A stretch of DNA of 64,000 nucleotides from Eukaryota sp. GEM-RC1 (Eukaryota). Positions 1 to 14,179 of the stretch are shown piece after piece; position 1 is the stretch's first letter, and each line of letters opens with the position of its first letter. Location: NCBI GenBank assembly GCA_040285855.1, contig JAUFOQ010000005.1:2232001-2296000 (forward strand), read 5' to 3'. A program made the position numbers and the translations under genes. The notes beneath the pieces were generated by a model. It saw only the letters and a list, made by a program, of their open reading frames with translations, was not told the DNA's origin and did not search any database.

Positions 1-576
1 TAAATGAGTTATATTAGTAGTAAACTCAATAATATCTTTATCTACAAGAAAGTCATTTACAATCAGGTAAACAGAATAAACCTTTGCTTTAAAGAATGAA
101 GTCATTGCAGAAAGTAGAACAATGTCTTTTGGGAAAACGGGAATAGTAGTTGTTCCAAGAAACAGTTGCACTGCTGTCAATGAAGAATCAAAGAATAGTT
201 GACTTACAAAGCCAAACTTTTTAATAAATCCAACAAGTTTGTTTCCCAAACGACAGAGAGAATGTTGACGATAGTTTTGATGATTTTTTGACTACAAGAG
301 AAGACTACTAGAGAAGACTTCAAGTGATGACTCAACAAGTGACAATTAATCAACACCAATAATTACTGTTGGCGGTGTAATGTTAGAAGAGGGTAATCAG
401 TCAGTTCATCTGAGGAACAAATGGTCTTAAATGGGAGATTCATTCTGCTACTCCAGGGGATGTTCTATTATATTATAGTAACGACTGAAATTGGAACTAC
501 CATCAAGAGCAGCATGTGTGTGGTAGAAAGTTTTCAACTTGAAACTAAATCTTCTTTCAATCGTCAAACTCCTCCC

Positions 577-2994
577 ATGTTTAGAAGTAACAGAGTGTCC
601 GCGGAGTTCACTGTTACCATTCATTCAATAAACAAACTCTCTATACCTTCTAGGCTTCTTTATGTACAATGGAAAAGGGGATCCAAACTTTCTGGTCGCT
701 CTCGTCGTTCCAATCTATCTGATGGTACTTGTGTGTGGCAAGAAACCACGACCTTCAAATGCACACTCATATCAACCTCCCAGGTGAACAAATTCCGTCG
801 GAAAGCCTTTGAAATCTCCATCTACGAAGTAGTAGGTATCAATGGATCTAAGTTCATTGGACAAGTCATCATTGACCTTTCTCAATACATCAACCACGAG
901 CCTACCACACTTGAATTCCCAATCTCTCGCTCCTCTCATCCCTCTGCTACTCTCCGTGTCTCTGTTGTTGCTCCTCTCCTTCCACATTCATCTCTCATTG
1001 AATCTCCTCTCTCTTTAGAACCTTTAATTGAAGACTCCTGCACTGCTGGCGATACAACCACTGACTTCACTTGCACTGATGCTACAGCTACTGAAGGAGA
1101 CGATTTGCTGGAGGACCATTCTAAGAGTGAAGCTGAATCAAGCATTGGTGCAAAGCTTTCTCTAGGGCGTCTTTCTTTAGATGAAGAACCTTCCCTAAAC
1201 CTTAAAAATGATGACGTCACCAAAGAGGAAATTAAATCCCCAGTTACTCCTAGAAGAAGAAAGAATAGGACAAAGCAATCACGTGCGTCCTCTCTTTTCC
1301 TCACGTCACCTTCCAATTGGGGATTGGCTGATGACGCGGCAACTTCTCCAAAAGAAGCTCAATCACCAAAGGAAAAGAGCAACCTTCATTTGAATTCTGT
1401 TGAAGTTGAGCCAGTTTCTCCAGATGTCTTGAAATCACCGAATGATGACGTCATGGATGACGTTTCCATAGGTGGTGACGTTTCCTTGCCAATTCCAGAG
1501 TCACCGCCTCTTAATGTCAATGGTCTAGTATCTCCCAATGTTTTAACTGAAATACATGAGAGAGAAACTGAATTAAAAACAGCTCAAATCACGATTGAGA
1601 AACTGGAAAGGACAGAGGAAGAGCGTGATTTGATTGATGCAATCACATCATCTGATTATGAAGTAGTTAATAATCTTCCATTAGGGGCTTTAGAGCTCAT
1701 TAATTCGTTGTTCACGTGGAAGTCTTTTGAAGTCACGCGACTTGAGAGTCAATCAGATATCATTGTGAGGTCAGTTAGGTCTCTTAGTCAGGTAATTTCC
1801 TATTTGGGAAAGTTCACGTCATCAATGCCGACCCCCAGTTTAAAACGTAGACAATCAATCTCTCTAAATACTGTTTTCTTGTCAGATCTGCGTGGTCTTT
1901 TTTATTGGACTCAGGGATCGTTATTTATTGGCGGAATTAGTCGGATCTTAACTCAAAATGATGACGTTGCTCTGCAGAAATCACTTGACTTTTATGAGCT
2001 TATTGATGATTCTGAATCTGCTACTCTTGACGTTTCATTTGTTGATTATGTTTGCACTGCAGATATTGATGAAATTTCCAGCAATCATTCATTTTTCAAA
2101 AATTGCCCTACTTGTTCGTCTTTGATTTCTTTCCAAAGAGGTGCTAATACTCTGGCACCAAAGTCTTGTTTGTCTCTATATTCACATTTCTTTTTTTAAT
2201 TTAAGTATCAATTGTTTAAATTTCATTCTTTCTTGGGTTGAACGAATTTTCAGAAAGTTAGTTAATAGGCAATTATTGGAGAATATTTCAACTAATAGTG
2301 TTAGTAAACCATCACCTCCGACACCTCTGCCACGTGGACTTCCGTCAAAGTCAAGAGGTCCTTCTCTTCTGACCTAGATGACGTTTTACGACAGCTTTTG
2401 AATTTCTGTTTGGAATACCATATTGATACGTCTGTTATTTATTTGATAATGAAAAAAAGTATTGACATTCTGGATTGTTTGGTTTTTAATTTGCTTATAA
2501 CTGAACCTGGCATTCTCCGTCATGAAACAGATGCTTTAAAATTTAAATTTTTGGTTAATATTATTAGATCATTTGTAGTCGACAAGCCTTTTCTTAGACC
2601 TTTGTACTCTACATCAATGAGGTATGTTGATGAAGTTTGCAATGTTCTACTTGTCGATGTTGATTTGTTACTTGAAGAAGAAGAGCGATCGTCGCTTTGT
2701 CCTAGTTTAAACTTGCTACAGCTGGATACGTTACTATCTGTTTATTATCCATCAGTGACAGATTTAAAATATAAGGAAAAAGTGTCGAAAATTCAAAAAT
2801 TTATCAATAGTTTAATACCGCAGGCGTATAATACGTTGACTGATCTAGTTCTGCATTTTGATGTGACTGAGATGGCAAAAGTTGATACTGAAATGGTTTC
2901 CATAGTGATTCCTAGTAAGTGGTCGGAAATCAGTACAGATTTAACAAAATTTAAAAAAGCTAATGTAAAACCTAAGTTTCGACCAAAACGTTAA
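577..2994 (+). CDS. NT-type C2 domain protein with a possible C-terminal DIL-like domain; two apparent frameshifts (~2195, ~2370)
   Basis: N-terminus FTVTIHSI..LYVQWKRG..SG....CVWQE..FKCTL..IGQVIIDLSQY matches the NT-C2 (EEIG1/EHBP1) pattern. The C-terminal ORF (LVFNLLI...CPSLNLLQLDTLL) resembles a DIL domain. ORFs 421-2199, 2141-2377 and 2398-2994 join by single-base shifts. Likely ATG at 577. Confidence 0.7.
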
Positions 2995-3454
2995 TTTGAT
3001 ACTTCTTTTCCATTCGAGCTTTAATGTTTCAAGTATTTTTTCAAGACAATCATTTATTGATGTATATTCTCCATGATTTCAATTTTCAATTCTAAATTTT
3101 TAATTTTCTATTTATTTTACTTCAGATTTATGGTGGTTCTTTTTAGTCTGTGCTATTTTTTTTTATAAATTATTGTTTCTTTCCTTATCACGTTACGTCA
3201 CATTAGATTCTCTTTGATGAAATCACCTTTTTAGTCGACTTGGAAATGTAAAATAATACTGTATTACTAATAACAGTAATTCCCCACAATGAGTATTAGT
3301 TTTAAGAATATATGTACCCACTTTTAGGTTCATTCAACCGTTCACACGAAAAGTAGATCAACACAATCACATAGATGAAAAAACTACAATTTCACCAATA
3401 TTTGATAATTGAAAACATTCATTTGTCTTTTAAAGAGACACAAAATCTAAAGAC

Positions 3455-3580
3455 GTTTTTAGGTAAGTTGTTCGGTGATGGACAGAAGTATCATAGTTTA
3501 GATGCTTTAGTTAGTGTCTGTTAGTTATTAACTTCTGCAAATGCATTATTTTCACTGGTTGATGATAAACCCTGTTTTTT
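3455..3580 (+). mobile_element. Short 3'-end fragment of a CRE-like non-LTR retrotransposon (same family as 37155-37787)
   Basis: Near-identical to ~37660-37787 (taagttgttcggtgatggacagaag...ataaaccc). Confidence 0.75.
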
Positions 3581-3584
3581 AAAT

Positions 3585-3960
3585 ACGTAAACAACATTAA
3601 CATTACTATTCCATGACATGGTCTTGAACCCCAAAGAGTTTCTTCAAAATTCCGTCGAAGTACTGGAAACATTGAACGAAATGCGATCCCTCCAAAAACT
3701 AATGTTAAACTTCTTGCCAAATTCACAACACAATTGATTGAAAGATGACAAAACCGCTTGAGCTACAGAACCGAAATTTCAATAAATTGAAATACCGAAT
3801 GGTTGAAACAACAAAGCATTGTGTCTTTGTGAAATCAATTTAGAAATATAATCACAACAACGAAGACATTTCTTATCTTCAGCATTATCCAAAGGTGAAA
3901 ATTGATCGTTTAAGATTTTGCTACTGGCAGTAACATTACATTGATCCACGATATTTGACA
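3585..3960 (-). mobile_element. Degenerate CRE-like RLE retrotransposon C-terminal fragment
   Basis: SPLDNAEDKK...FQPFGISIY and, in another frame, GKKFNISFWRDRISF. Same motif order as the other RLE fragments in the window. Confidence 0.65.
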
Positions 3961-4814
3961 ATTTGAGTTCAACTTCACTTATCCGAATCCGATCTGAAAA
4001 CCGAACAAGCGGATTCTTCTCAGTCTTTTCTTCATTGTATGAGAGCCCCACTGTCATTACCATATGTATTACCTAAATGAATGTACCTGAAACATTGTTG
4101 AGAATCACTGACGTACTTAAATAATAAATTTTTAATCTTGTAAAGAAGGTCAGAAGAGGACCAAAACCTTCTAAAAACTCGTGGTTGAGCGTAATTGCAT
4201 CAGTGGACTAGAATTTTGACTTGTACAGTTAAATGGTCAAATTCTATTTACAAGATAAATATGAATATTTGAGATTTTGTTGATTCAATCACACATATAT
4301 GGTCGTAGTTGCATCATAGTTCTTCTTTTAAAAAACTGGTTTCAGATAACGGATGTCCGAATCCTATCTGAACCCGCACAAAACAGCAACACTAGATCTG
4401 AATCCGATCCGAATGCCATTGGATATTAATTCCCGTTTTCTGCCCAAGTTTACGAATCATTAAGAGAAATGAGAGAAATTCGACAACATAAACAAAGAAT
4501 GCCAAGATCGTATTACTAGTATGTGGTGTCCCATTGATTCACGACAAGAAATTGTTCATTATCTATCTCAGACCGATGATCAGGATTTGTATAACAATGT
4601 CATAATTAATGTGAGACACTCGCAGTTGATAAATTCAATTATATTGTTAAAAACCAATATTGTCGAATACGAATCACCTAAATTGTATCGATTGTTGAAC
4701 TTAAAAGTCACAGTTGATAGTTGAGATTTAGAAACAACAACAACTAAACATCCTGAGTTTCATCTCGCTTCTCCATCAAAAACCTACATAATTAATAGTA
4801 CCGTGAAATGAAAC

Positions 4815-6580
4815 CTATAAACTACAGTTGCTTTGAACAGCATCAATGAGCCGTGAAACAGCGTAATTTGACAACCTACAGTTTTTGAAGTCAATAGAAG
4901 TCAATGAAGTATTTTCTTTGATGAAAGCATACATTGCGGTGTGTGACTCTTCACAAAAATTACATCTATTAAGTACAAATTGTTTAACACCACAAGACTC
5001 TACAAAAACATATAAAGTTGAGACAACATCAGCAGTAAATTGACATGTAAACGAATAAGAAAACAAACGATTTTCAATGTCAAAAATGAGGAGAAATATG
5101 AAGATCAATCACCGATTTGTTGATGGAAAGAATTTTATATAGGGCAATTAATCCTTCTAGCCCTAAATCTCGACCCACACCACGACATTCAACACGTTTG
5201 ATAGGAACATTTGACTCCAAAGCCTCTAAAAGCGATACTAAATCAGACGCCTTTATCGAGGCGTCAAAATGAATAGTCTTAGAAGAAACATCAATGGAAT
5301 GAGGTGAAACATTAGTTAAAGGATGTAAAGCATTTGTAGACATTGCCTTAAATACCAATGTTAAACAACTTAAATTCAAGTTAGGAAAACTGACTGTTTC
5401 CAGTCCTGAATTTAACTGAAGTCCATCAAGGAAAGTTTGAAACTGAGATGATTTGCAAAATAATCCATCAATTTTTAAGACAAGAAGAGTTGAATTTACT
5501 TGAAGCATTTTCTGTAGAGATAAAGCTTGATCATCAAATGAAACTCTCCGTTGAACATCCTGAATTATTTCTAACTCTAAAAGAGAAGTATTTTTTCCAA
5601 AGATTTAAAAATTGGTGAAAGTGAAGAAGACCCTTGGAATATTTTAAGTTTTTTCAAAGTTTTGTTAAACTCTAAAACATCACAAAGATCATAATTCAGA
5701 TGCAAAGTGATTTCTTCAATGGTTAAACTGTTTTTGAAAGCTTCAATCACAGTAGAATCCAATTTAGAGTGTCGAGGAACAATCAATCTTTTAATAGAAT
5801 TACTATTAAAAAGGGGAATCAAACTACAGACCGACACATTGTCCAATTTAAAAAATTAAAATGATAATCGGCGAAGTTCATCAAATTAAGGGACCGAATA
5901 GAACTATCTCCAGCAAGAACAGTAAATAACTTGGTTAAGTCTTCGTCCCGAAGAAGTTCTCGTGGATCATATTTGTCAAATTCTTCACCACAGGAGTCAT
6001 CAGAAGCCCTTTCTTCTTCGGTATAGTGTAACACCATTTTGAGAGTTTTTAAAATTTTAACAGAAGAACAAACTTGGCAAAGATATTTTAAATCGGATTG
6101 AGAAATAAATCCAATTCTCAAACAAACATTTAGTTCCTCAATTGTTCGTGAATTTCTTAAAGATCTGCTAAACAAATCAAATCCTTTCCGCGACTCCATG
6201 ACAACAGATACCTTTTTAAGTGCAGGAAAGTGTTGAAAGGACAAATGTCTATAATGGTCTATAGTTTGTCTTACAAGGAGTACTACAGTGGAGATCTCTG
6301 AAATACAATGTAACCAATTCAGATCACATTGATGAGTTATAAATAAAGGATCAGCATCTAGCAGATTAACAGATTTCACATCGAATTTAAAGAGAGAAGA
6401 TAATAAAGCAAGCAGGGGAAGGCCTTGAATAAAAACGCGCATGGTGCTTCTTTCAAGGAAATGTTTAACTGCATGATAAGCACAGTCTAGAAATCGTAGA
6501 CTTACATGACCAACGTGTTCAAAAAGGTGGTATCTGCTGAAGTGTTGTAACAAGACAACGATTGTTCCAATACTGACCAT
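4815..6580 (-). pseudogene. Fragmented member of the lineage-specific LRR-like gene family
   Basis: Four consecutive minus-strand ORFs with degenerate LRR segments (NTSLTSIDFKNCRL, NSTLLVLKI, NKSVIDL). The N-terminus (LFEHVGHVSLRFLD) resembles FFGQVGYVSSHFLD in 38432-39606. Confidence 0.55.
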
Positions 6581-6989
6581 CAGCAGTAAAATGGATCTTA
6601 AACCGACATCGAAACAGGTGGGAATGAATCAAAACAATTAAAGATTGTTGAATCAACAATCAGTTGAACTAAAAATCAGATGAGCTTGGGAGATGACATT
6701 GACAGAAGAGGGAAATCGGTGGCACAATTAGAGGGAGAATCGAGGATAGAGAGACCAGGAGAAGAGGAAGGAGGGAAACCTTCATGAATGCAGACACACT
6801 GACCACAAGTGACCTCATAACACCATTATGTCCAACTGATACGCATTTGCAACAAGGAGAGGTTACCATGAGACTTCAAAGAGGTGTAAGAAACCTTTTC
6901 TCATCCGTTAATGCAAATCCCACTCAATCTTCTGAAAAGTTCCAGTGTCATTGTCTTCAGAACAATGGATACTAAGAATGCGTGTATCA

Positions 6990-7065
6990 AGAAGAGGCAA
7001 GCCTCAGAAATGCGGTATGTGCAAAAAGTGGGTCATAAGAGATCCAAATGTCCAAGTCTCATGAG
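6990..7065 (+). mobile_element. CCHC zinc-knuckle remnant, probably from a DNA transposon
   Basis: With one frameshift reads KCGMCKK.GHKRSKCP (C-x2-C-x3-GH-x4-C). Confidence 0.35.
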
Positions 7066-7434
7066 GAAACCAATGAACTTCACTATTTTTATGGATTACC
7101 AACCTGATCAAGGGGAAATCGATACCCACTGCTTTACAGTCATTTACTTTACGAGATTTGTTTTACCTAACAAGACAAGACCCTCAATCCATTTTGTTTT
7201 TGTTCAATCGATATTGATGCAGCGAAGTATCTTCAATCAGTTTGTTCACTAACTGATCTATTGACCTCGTTTAGGAAGAACACGTGTCTGATGAACATTT
7301 CAGGTTTCATGAAAAGTGGTAGAGATGTTCTTGATCATTATTGGCACATTAACACTAAATTGAAGCAACCAATATTTATTGTCAATTAATATATTTATAC
7401 TGTTTATAGCATACTTTGAAAACAAAAATACCGT

Positions 7435-8020
7435 TTTTTTACATAAAATTATTTATTCTAAAAGTAATAGACAACATCACTACAGTGTACATTCAACTGA
7501 TAATCAATATCCTCAAAGTCCAGATTGCCTAACTGGAAATTTTCACCTACCTTATCTTCATAATTTCTGCCAAGAGATAATAAAGCACTAGATACAGAAG
7601 TCACCATACCTTTAAAGATAGCAAACATGATTCGACTTTTCCAAAATCTAAGATCAAAAGTACTAGATGTTTTTTCTTTTACAATCTTCACAAAGATTTC
7701 AAGTAATGATGTTGCAGATTCACCTAAAGAACCGTACAGTGAAAATACAAAAGGGTACAACAAGTAATTCGAGTGTGAAGCCGAATTCAATAATTTCAAT
7801 TTAGCACAATATTTTTTCTTTTTTACATTTTTCACCAATCAACAAGGGGTTTTTAGCATTAGATTTAGCAAGTTTCTTGTTGGAATCATTACAAAAATCG
7901 ATAGACATAACATCAGCAATAATGAAAGATCCATCAAGACCAGGAAATATGACATCACCACGGCGCTTTCCAAACGATTTGTCAATCTTCTGTATCATCA
8001 AACAAACCAGCCAGAACTGC
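7435..8020 (-). mobile_element. 5'-truncated CRE-like RLE non-LTR retrotransposon with 13-bp TSD
   Basis: RRGDV...ADVMSID...E..K..KY...YPFVFSLYG...FWKSRIMF across ORFs 7801-8022 and 7458-7838. Short A tail. ACAAAAATACCGT is duplicated at 7422-7434 and 8021-8033. Confidence 0.85.
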
Positions 8021-8882
8021 ACAAAAATACCGTGATTTTGTATTTTTTGTATTTTTTGTATTTTTTAACTGAATTAATATGGTAGTTTTTTGTATTTTTA
8101 AGGTGCTACGGAAATCTTTTGATGAAGATGTATTGATCAATTTTCTATCTTTGTACGTGTTGGGCGTACCGTTCAAACATAATAGACGCTAATTGGTCTT
8201 CTCCTGACCATTCACAGTCAAAAAGACCGAAATGTCTTTCACGCTCAACATTGGATAGATCTCTAGGTTGTAACAAATTTACCACAGCTTTAGAAAAAGG
8301 TAACATCACTGATTACCAAACTCATTTATTAACTACGGATGGAGAAATGAGAAATGATGAAAGGTCTCGTGTTGAAGAACTTCATTGTTTATGTTGATGT
8401 TTTGTTATGTTTAGTTTGGTTGTGAAACCCGTATAATTTTAGTCATTGTCACTTTTAAATCGAAACAGCTTTTATACTACTACGTGTAGTAGTATAAGAC
8501 TGGACCAGTCTCGTAGACTGGTACTGTATACAGTATGCTTGAAACCATATTTTAAAAGTGTTACTGTTAAATAGACAACATATCACATGACTCTAGTAAA
8601 TACCCAACTTCAACAAGATAATTAGCTGTCTGATAATTTATCGTCGTATTCAAATTCTTTTGATCATTTCATTATAAATATACGGTCTGTATATAGTGAC
8701 TGCATATCACTAATAACGGTATTTCCAAACAATGAATGTTTGTTTTAAGAACATTTTGAACCACTTTTGGGGTCATTCAACCGTTCACACGAAAAGTAGA
8801 TCAACACAATCTTAGAGATCAATAACCCACAATTTCACCAATGTTTGATAATTTGAGTTTCATTTTTCACTTCACTTTTTTT

Positions 8883-11137
8883 ATGGATTGTTTCATCTGC
8901 TACCAACCGTTCAACCTCTCTGATCGCCTACCTTTGCTTCTATGCGAACTGGGCCACACCGCGTGTTCACAGTGCGCTTCTGCCTTAAATATTTGTCCTA
9001 CTTGTCGCAAAGTCTGTCTCATTGAGAAACCTACAAACTATGCTCTCAGAGATCTTGTGGAGGCTGCTCGTAGTGGCGATCTCTGCCCAGAAATCCCTTC
9101 CAATCAAGTTGAACTTCTTGATAAGATCGCTGAAGGTGGTTGTGCAGTAGTTTATGCTGCGAAGTGGTTCGGGCTCCCAGTAGCTGTCAAAATGATATCC
9201 CTCACTGAAAAGGAAGAATCAATCTGAGGAAGGAGATGAACCTTTTGTTCAACTAAATCACCCTGCTGTTCTCCGTGTTTATGGTCTCTGCTCTTGGGAA
9301 GAACGTATCGGAATCGTAATGGAAAGAGCTTCTTCTTCTCTTCCCTCCCCCAACTCTTTTCTCTTTTCTCACTGTTGAATTTGCCAAGGAGCTTTGTCAG
9401 GGAGTTAACTATCTCCACAGTAAGTCAATTGTTCATGGAGATCTCAAACCAGGCAATGTTTTGGTTGTTGATGATAAAATCAGAATTGCTGATTTCGGAA
9501 CCTCCAGAAATATAGCTTCCACTTCAACGGCTCCAAGAACCAACGCAATGACTCTACGCTATGCTGCTCCTGAGCAATTCGACAACATTGTAACTCCACA
9601 AAGTGATATCTACTCACTTGGAATTATTTTGTATGAATTGTTCCAAAATAAGCAGGCGTTTCAAGAAATGTCTGTGTTTGGTCTTGTTGGAGCTAAACAA
9701 CGAGGAATTTCTTTATCCTTTGATAAGACTATTCCTAGTCAATTAGCCAAAGTTATTAATGGGTGTTTAAATTCAGATCCAAAGCTACGACCTAAAATTT
9801 CTCAAATTATTGAAATTTTGGACCAGTCCAATCTCGCTAAACCATCACCTCAACAACTTGACCATTCCTCATTGCAAGAACTTGAGTGTCTTGAACAGAA
9901 AAACCAGTCTCTAACTGATCAAATTCTACTTTTACAAGCTAATATCAGGGAATTGATCAAGCAAATTAATGACTTGAAAACCGAAGACTTTCAACTTTCT
10001 GAACGACATTCAAAATTTGTTTTAAATTTAGAAAATGATTTTAACCATGAGAAACAGTTATTGCTTGAAACTAATCGTCAATTGCAGACTGAATTCAACT
10101 CTTTAAACAGTCAAATTGAAGGTTTTCAAAATCAAAATATGATTTCAAACTCAAGGTCTACAAAAATCTCAAAAATGAAGTCTAATTCAATTAATGTTTC
10201 TACTGGTTTAAATTCTAATCAAGGTAGCAAAGTTGAAGAAGACGTATTGCCAAGCCAGAATCTACGAATCGTTGACAAGATTCGGTGGAGTAAAGTCAAA
10301 CCAAAGGTAAAGAAACTATGTGAAGATGTAAGAGATGGTAAAGTTACTAGTGTGGATCTGCGCAACAACTCTATCGGAGTTGAAGGTGCCAGACTTTTAG
10401 CAGAAGCGTTACAATTTAATGATTCAGTTACAAGTCTTCAACTGCGTAGCAACTCTGTGGGAGCTGAAGGTGCTATAGCTTTGGCGGAGGTGTTGGCAGT
10501 TAATGCATCTCTTACAAGTTTTGGACTGCGTAGCAACTCTGTTGGAGCTGTAGGTGCAAGAGCTTTGGCAGAGGCTTTGACAGTTAATGCTTCTCTTACC
10601 AGTATTGATCTGTGGAACAACTCTATTGGAAATGCAGGTGCAAGAGCTTTGGCAGAGGCTTTGACAGTTAATGCTTCTCTTACCAGTATTGATCTGTGGA
10701 ACAACTCTATTGGAAATGCAGGTGCAAGAGCTTTGGCAGAGGCCTTGGCAGTTAATGATTCTCTTAAAAGTGTTAATATGTCTTATAATTCTATTGGAGA
10801 TGAAGGTGTCAAGGCGTTGGCAGAGGCTTTGAAGGTTAATACTTCAATTACGATTTTTGATCTATCTTGCAACTCTATTGGAAACCAAGGTGCCGGAGCT
10901 TTGGCAGATGCTTTGAAAGTAAATTCTTCAATTACCACTCTTGATTTACGCCAAAATTCTATCGGAAATGCAGGTGCTATAGCGTTGTCAGAGGCTTTGA
11001 AGGTTAATGGTTTAGTTACAAGTATTGATCTGGCGAAGAACTCTATTGGAGTTAAAGGTGCCAGAGCTTTGGCAGAGACGTTGGAAGTTAATCCCAGAGT
11101 TACAATAGGGAGAGTAAGTCAACTTAATAAATCTTAA
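8883..11137 (+). CDS. RING finger - protein kinase (TKL-like) - coiled coil - 9 RI-like LRRs; apparent frameshifts at ~9210-9370
   Basis: C3HC4 RING CFIC...CELGHTACSQC...CPTCR. Kinase motifs IAEGGCAVVY, VAVK, HGDLKPGN, DFG, YAAPE, SDIYSLG. Nine 28-aa LRRs. Confidence 0.85.
10552..10742 (+). repeat. Near-exact 84-bp tandem LRR units
   Basis: aggtgcaagagctttggcagaggctttgacagttaatgcttctcttaccagtattgatctgtggaacaactctattggaaatgc occurs twice in tandem and a third unit begins. Confidence 0.9.
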
Positions 11138-12224
11138 TTAGTTTTCTAGTTCACAGAATGAATTAATGTTTTATATATGTAACAGACTAAACAACTTTCA
11201 ATGAGTTGCATATATACTTTTTTTAACGTTTCTCATGTATAAAATCTTTGAACATCTCAAGTGTGTGAAAGTATGCAAAAGAAGAACTTTGCTAATAGCC
11301 AATCGATGACCGTTCCGTTAATTCCAAGAAGCACAACTGAGTGCGTATTACGGTACATTTTCATCAGTAGTTTATGCAATTAAATTTTCAAATAATTTAA
11401 AATTTAAATTAATGTAACGGTTACAAATGTAAAAATTAGAAAAACAAAATTGTCCACGACAGCTACACTGCACTTTTGACAGAATACTTAGCTAGAAATA
11501 ACAAGGATGTCGCACAGTCGTGGTCCATTGATGATCATATAAAAATCAAGCATATGTCGATACTTGTGGGATTTAATTAATTAATGTTCCAGCACAGTTC
11601 TCCTTTTAACTTAATTTAAAATTAGCGAAATTAAGAGTCTTTTCATTAGCTAAGACACCACTTCCATGTCTGAACATGTGGAAATTGACACCCACTGTTT
11701 TACACTCATTTACATTACGCGATTTGGTTTACCTAACAAGACAGAACTCAATCTCCTCTGTTGTTCAATCAATATTACTGCAATAAAGCATCAGAAATCA
11801 GAGTTTGGTTCACTACCCGATCCATTGAGCTCCTTTAGGAAGACTGACGAGTCTGATGAACACTTCAGGTTTTATGAACAGTGTTAGAATTGCTATTGTA
11901 TCATTATTGTCACATTAACACTAAATTGAAGTAACCAATTTTTATTGACAATAAATGAATTAAATAGTTTATAGATGAAGGGGATAAAAATACATACATG
12001 TATCAATGTAAAAGCTATGAAACACTAGACACAGAAAATTCCTGATCAACAGTACCACAATTCTTATACAACTTTGTGATCTTTGATTTGTTAAACTTAG
12101 ACATCAAACGGGACAGAGAAAAATCAAAGATGCTAGAAATTAAAATCGAGTTTTTTTATTTCCATGATCTTAGAACACGTGTTGCTTCTAGTTGCTTTGT
12201 GATCATTTCACTTATATTTTTGTT

Positions 12225-13935
12225 ATGGATTGTTTTATCTGCGCCAGACCGTTCAATCTCTCTAGTCGCCTACCTTTGCTTCTATGCGAACTTGGACACA
12301 CCGCGTGTTCACAGTGCGCGTCTGCCTTAAATATTTGTCCAACTTGTCGCAAAGTCTGTCTCATCGAGAAACCTACAAACTATGCTCTCAGAGATCTTGT
12401 GGAAGCTGCTCGTAGTGGCGATCTCTGCCCAGACATCCCTTCCAATCAAGTTGAACTTCTTGATAAGATCGCCGAAGGAGGCTGGGCCGTCGTGTATGCT
12501 GCGAAGTGGTTCGGGCTCCCAGTAGCTGTCAAAATGATATCCTTCACTGAAAAAGGAAGAATCAATCTGAGGAAGGAGATGAACCTCCTTGTTCAAATAA
12601 ATCATCCTGCTGTTCTCCGTGTTTATGGTCTCTGCTCTTGGGAAGAACGTTTCGGAATCGTAATGGAAAGAGCTTCTTCTTCCCTTCCCTCCCCCAACTT
12701 TTTTCTCTTTTCTCACTGTTGAATTTGCCAAGGAGCTTTGTCAGGGAGTTAACTATCTCCACAGTAAGTCAATTGTTCATGGAGATCTCAAACCAGGCAA
12801 TGTTTTGGTTGTTGATGATAAAATCAGGATTGCTGATTTCGGAACTTCCAGAAATATTGCTTCTACTTCAACAGCTCCGAGAACTAACGCAATGACTCTA
12901 CGCTATGCTGCTCCTGAGCAATTCGACAACATTGTAACTCCTCAAAGTGATATCTATTCACTTGGAATTGTTTTGTATGAATTGTTCCAAAACAGGGAAG
13001 CTTTTCAAGAAATGTCTGTTTTTGGTCTTGTTGGAGCTAAACAACGGGGAATTTCTTTATCTTTTGATAAGACTGTTCCTAGTCAATTAGCCAAAGTTAT
13101 TAATGGGTGTTTAAATTCAGATCCAAAGCTACGACCTAAAATTTCTCAAATTATTGAAATTTTGGACAAATTGAATCTCGCTAAACCATTGCCTCAGCAA
13201 CTTGACCATTCTTCATTGCAAGAACTTGAGTGTCTTGGACAGAAAAACCAGTCTCAAACTGATCAAATTCTACTTTTACAAGATAAGTTCAGGGAATTGA
13301 TCAAGCAAATTAATGACTTGAAGAACGCAAACTTTCAACGTTCAAAATTTGTTTCAAATTTAGAACATGATTTCAACCATGAGAAACAGTTATTTATTGA
13401 AACTAATCGTCAATTACAGACTGACATTAACTGTTTAAAGAGTCAAATTGAAGGTTTTCAAAATCAACATGTGATCTCAAACCAGCATCTACGGAGCGGT
13501 GACGGCATTCACTGGAAAAAGTTGAAACCAAAGGTAAAGAAACTATGTGAAGATGTGAGAGGTGGTAAAGTTACCAGTGTTGATCTGCGCAACAGCTCTA
13601 TCGGTGTTACAGGTACCATACTTTTAGCAGAAGCGTTAAAAGTTAATGCTTCAGTTACAAGTGTTAATCTAGTTGGCGACTGTGTTCAAACTGAAGGTGC
13701 CAGAGCTTTGGCAGAAGCCTTGAAAGTTAATACTTCCATTGTCAGTATTGATCTAAGTAGAACCTGTATTGGATGGAAAGGTGCCAGAGCTTTGGCAGAA
13801 GCGTTGAAAGTTAATTCGTCACTTGCAATTATTAATTTATATGGAAACGCTTTTGGAGTTAAAGGTGTCAGAGCTTTGGCAGACGCGTTGAAAGTTAATC
13901 CTAGACTTAAAATAGAGGGTGTAATTCTTGATTAG
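12225..13935 (+). CDS. Paralog: RING - kinase - coiled coil - 4 RI-like LRRs; one apparent frameshift at ~12700
   Basis: Nearly identical to 8883-10140 over RING, kinase and coiled coil. The LRR block is shorter and divergent. Confidence 0.85.
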
Positions 13936-14179
13936 TGTAATTAGTTTTCGATATAAAGGGTTTTTTCTTTTTCTGATCTATATACATGTGTACTATACGT
14001 GTTGAAATCTGAAACGTGAAGGCAAAAAGGAGAAGTATTTCAGATGGTTTCACAATCACTTCAGAATAGTTAAAGTAAGAGGAATACGAACCATGATAAT
14101 TCACTCTACAGAAATATTGTAATAACTATAGAATTATATTCGTACACTATACTTTATTTAATAATGTAGTAAATTATCC

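Noticed and set aside
10438..10704. Antisense repetitive ORFs (also 30792-31076 and 39085-39432)
   Set aside because: Mirror frames of the LRR repeats.
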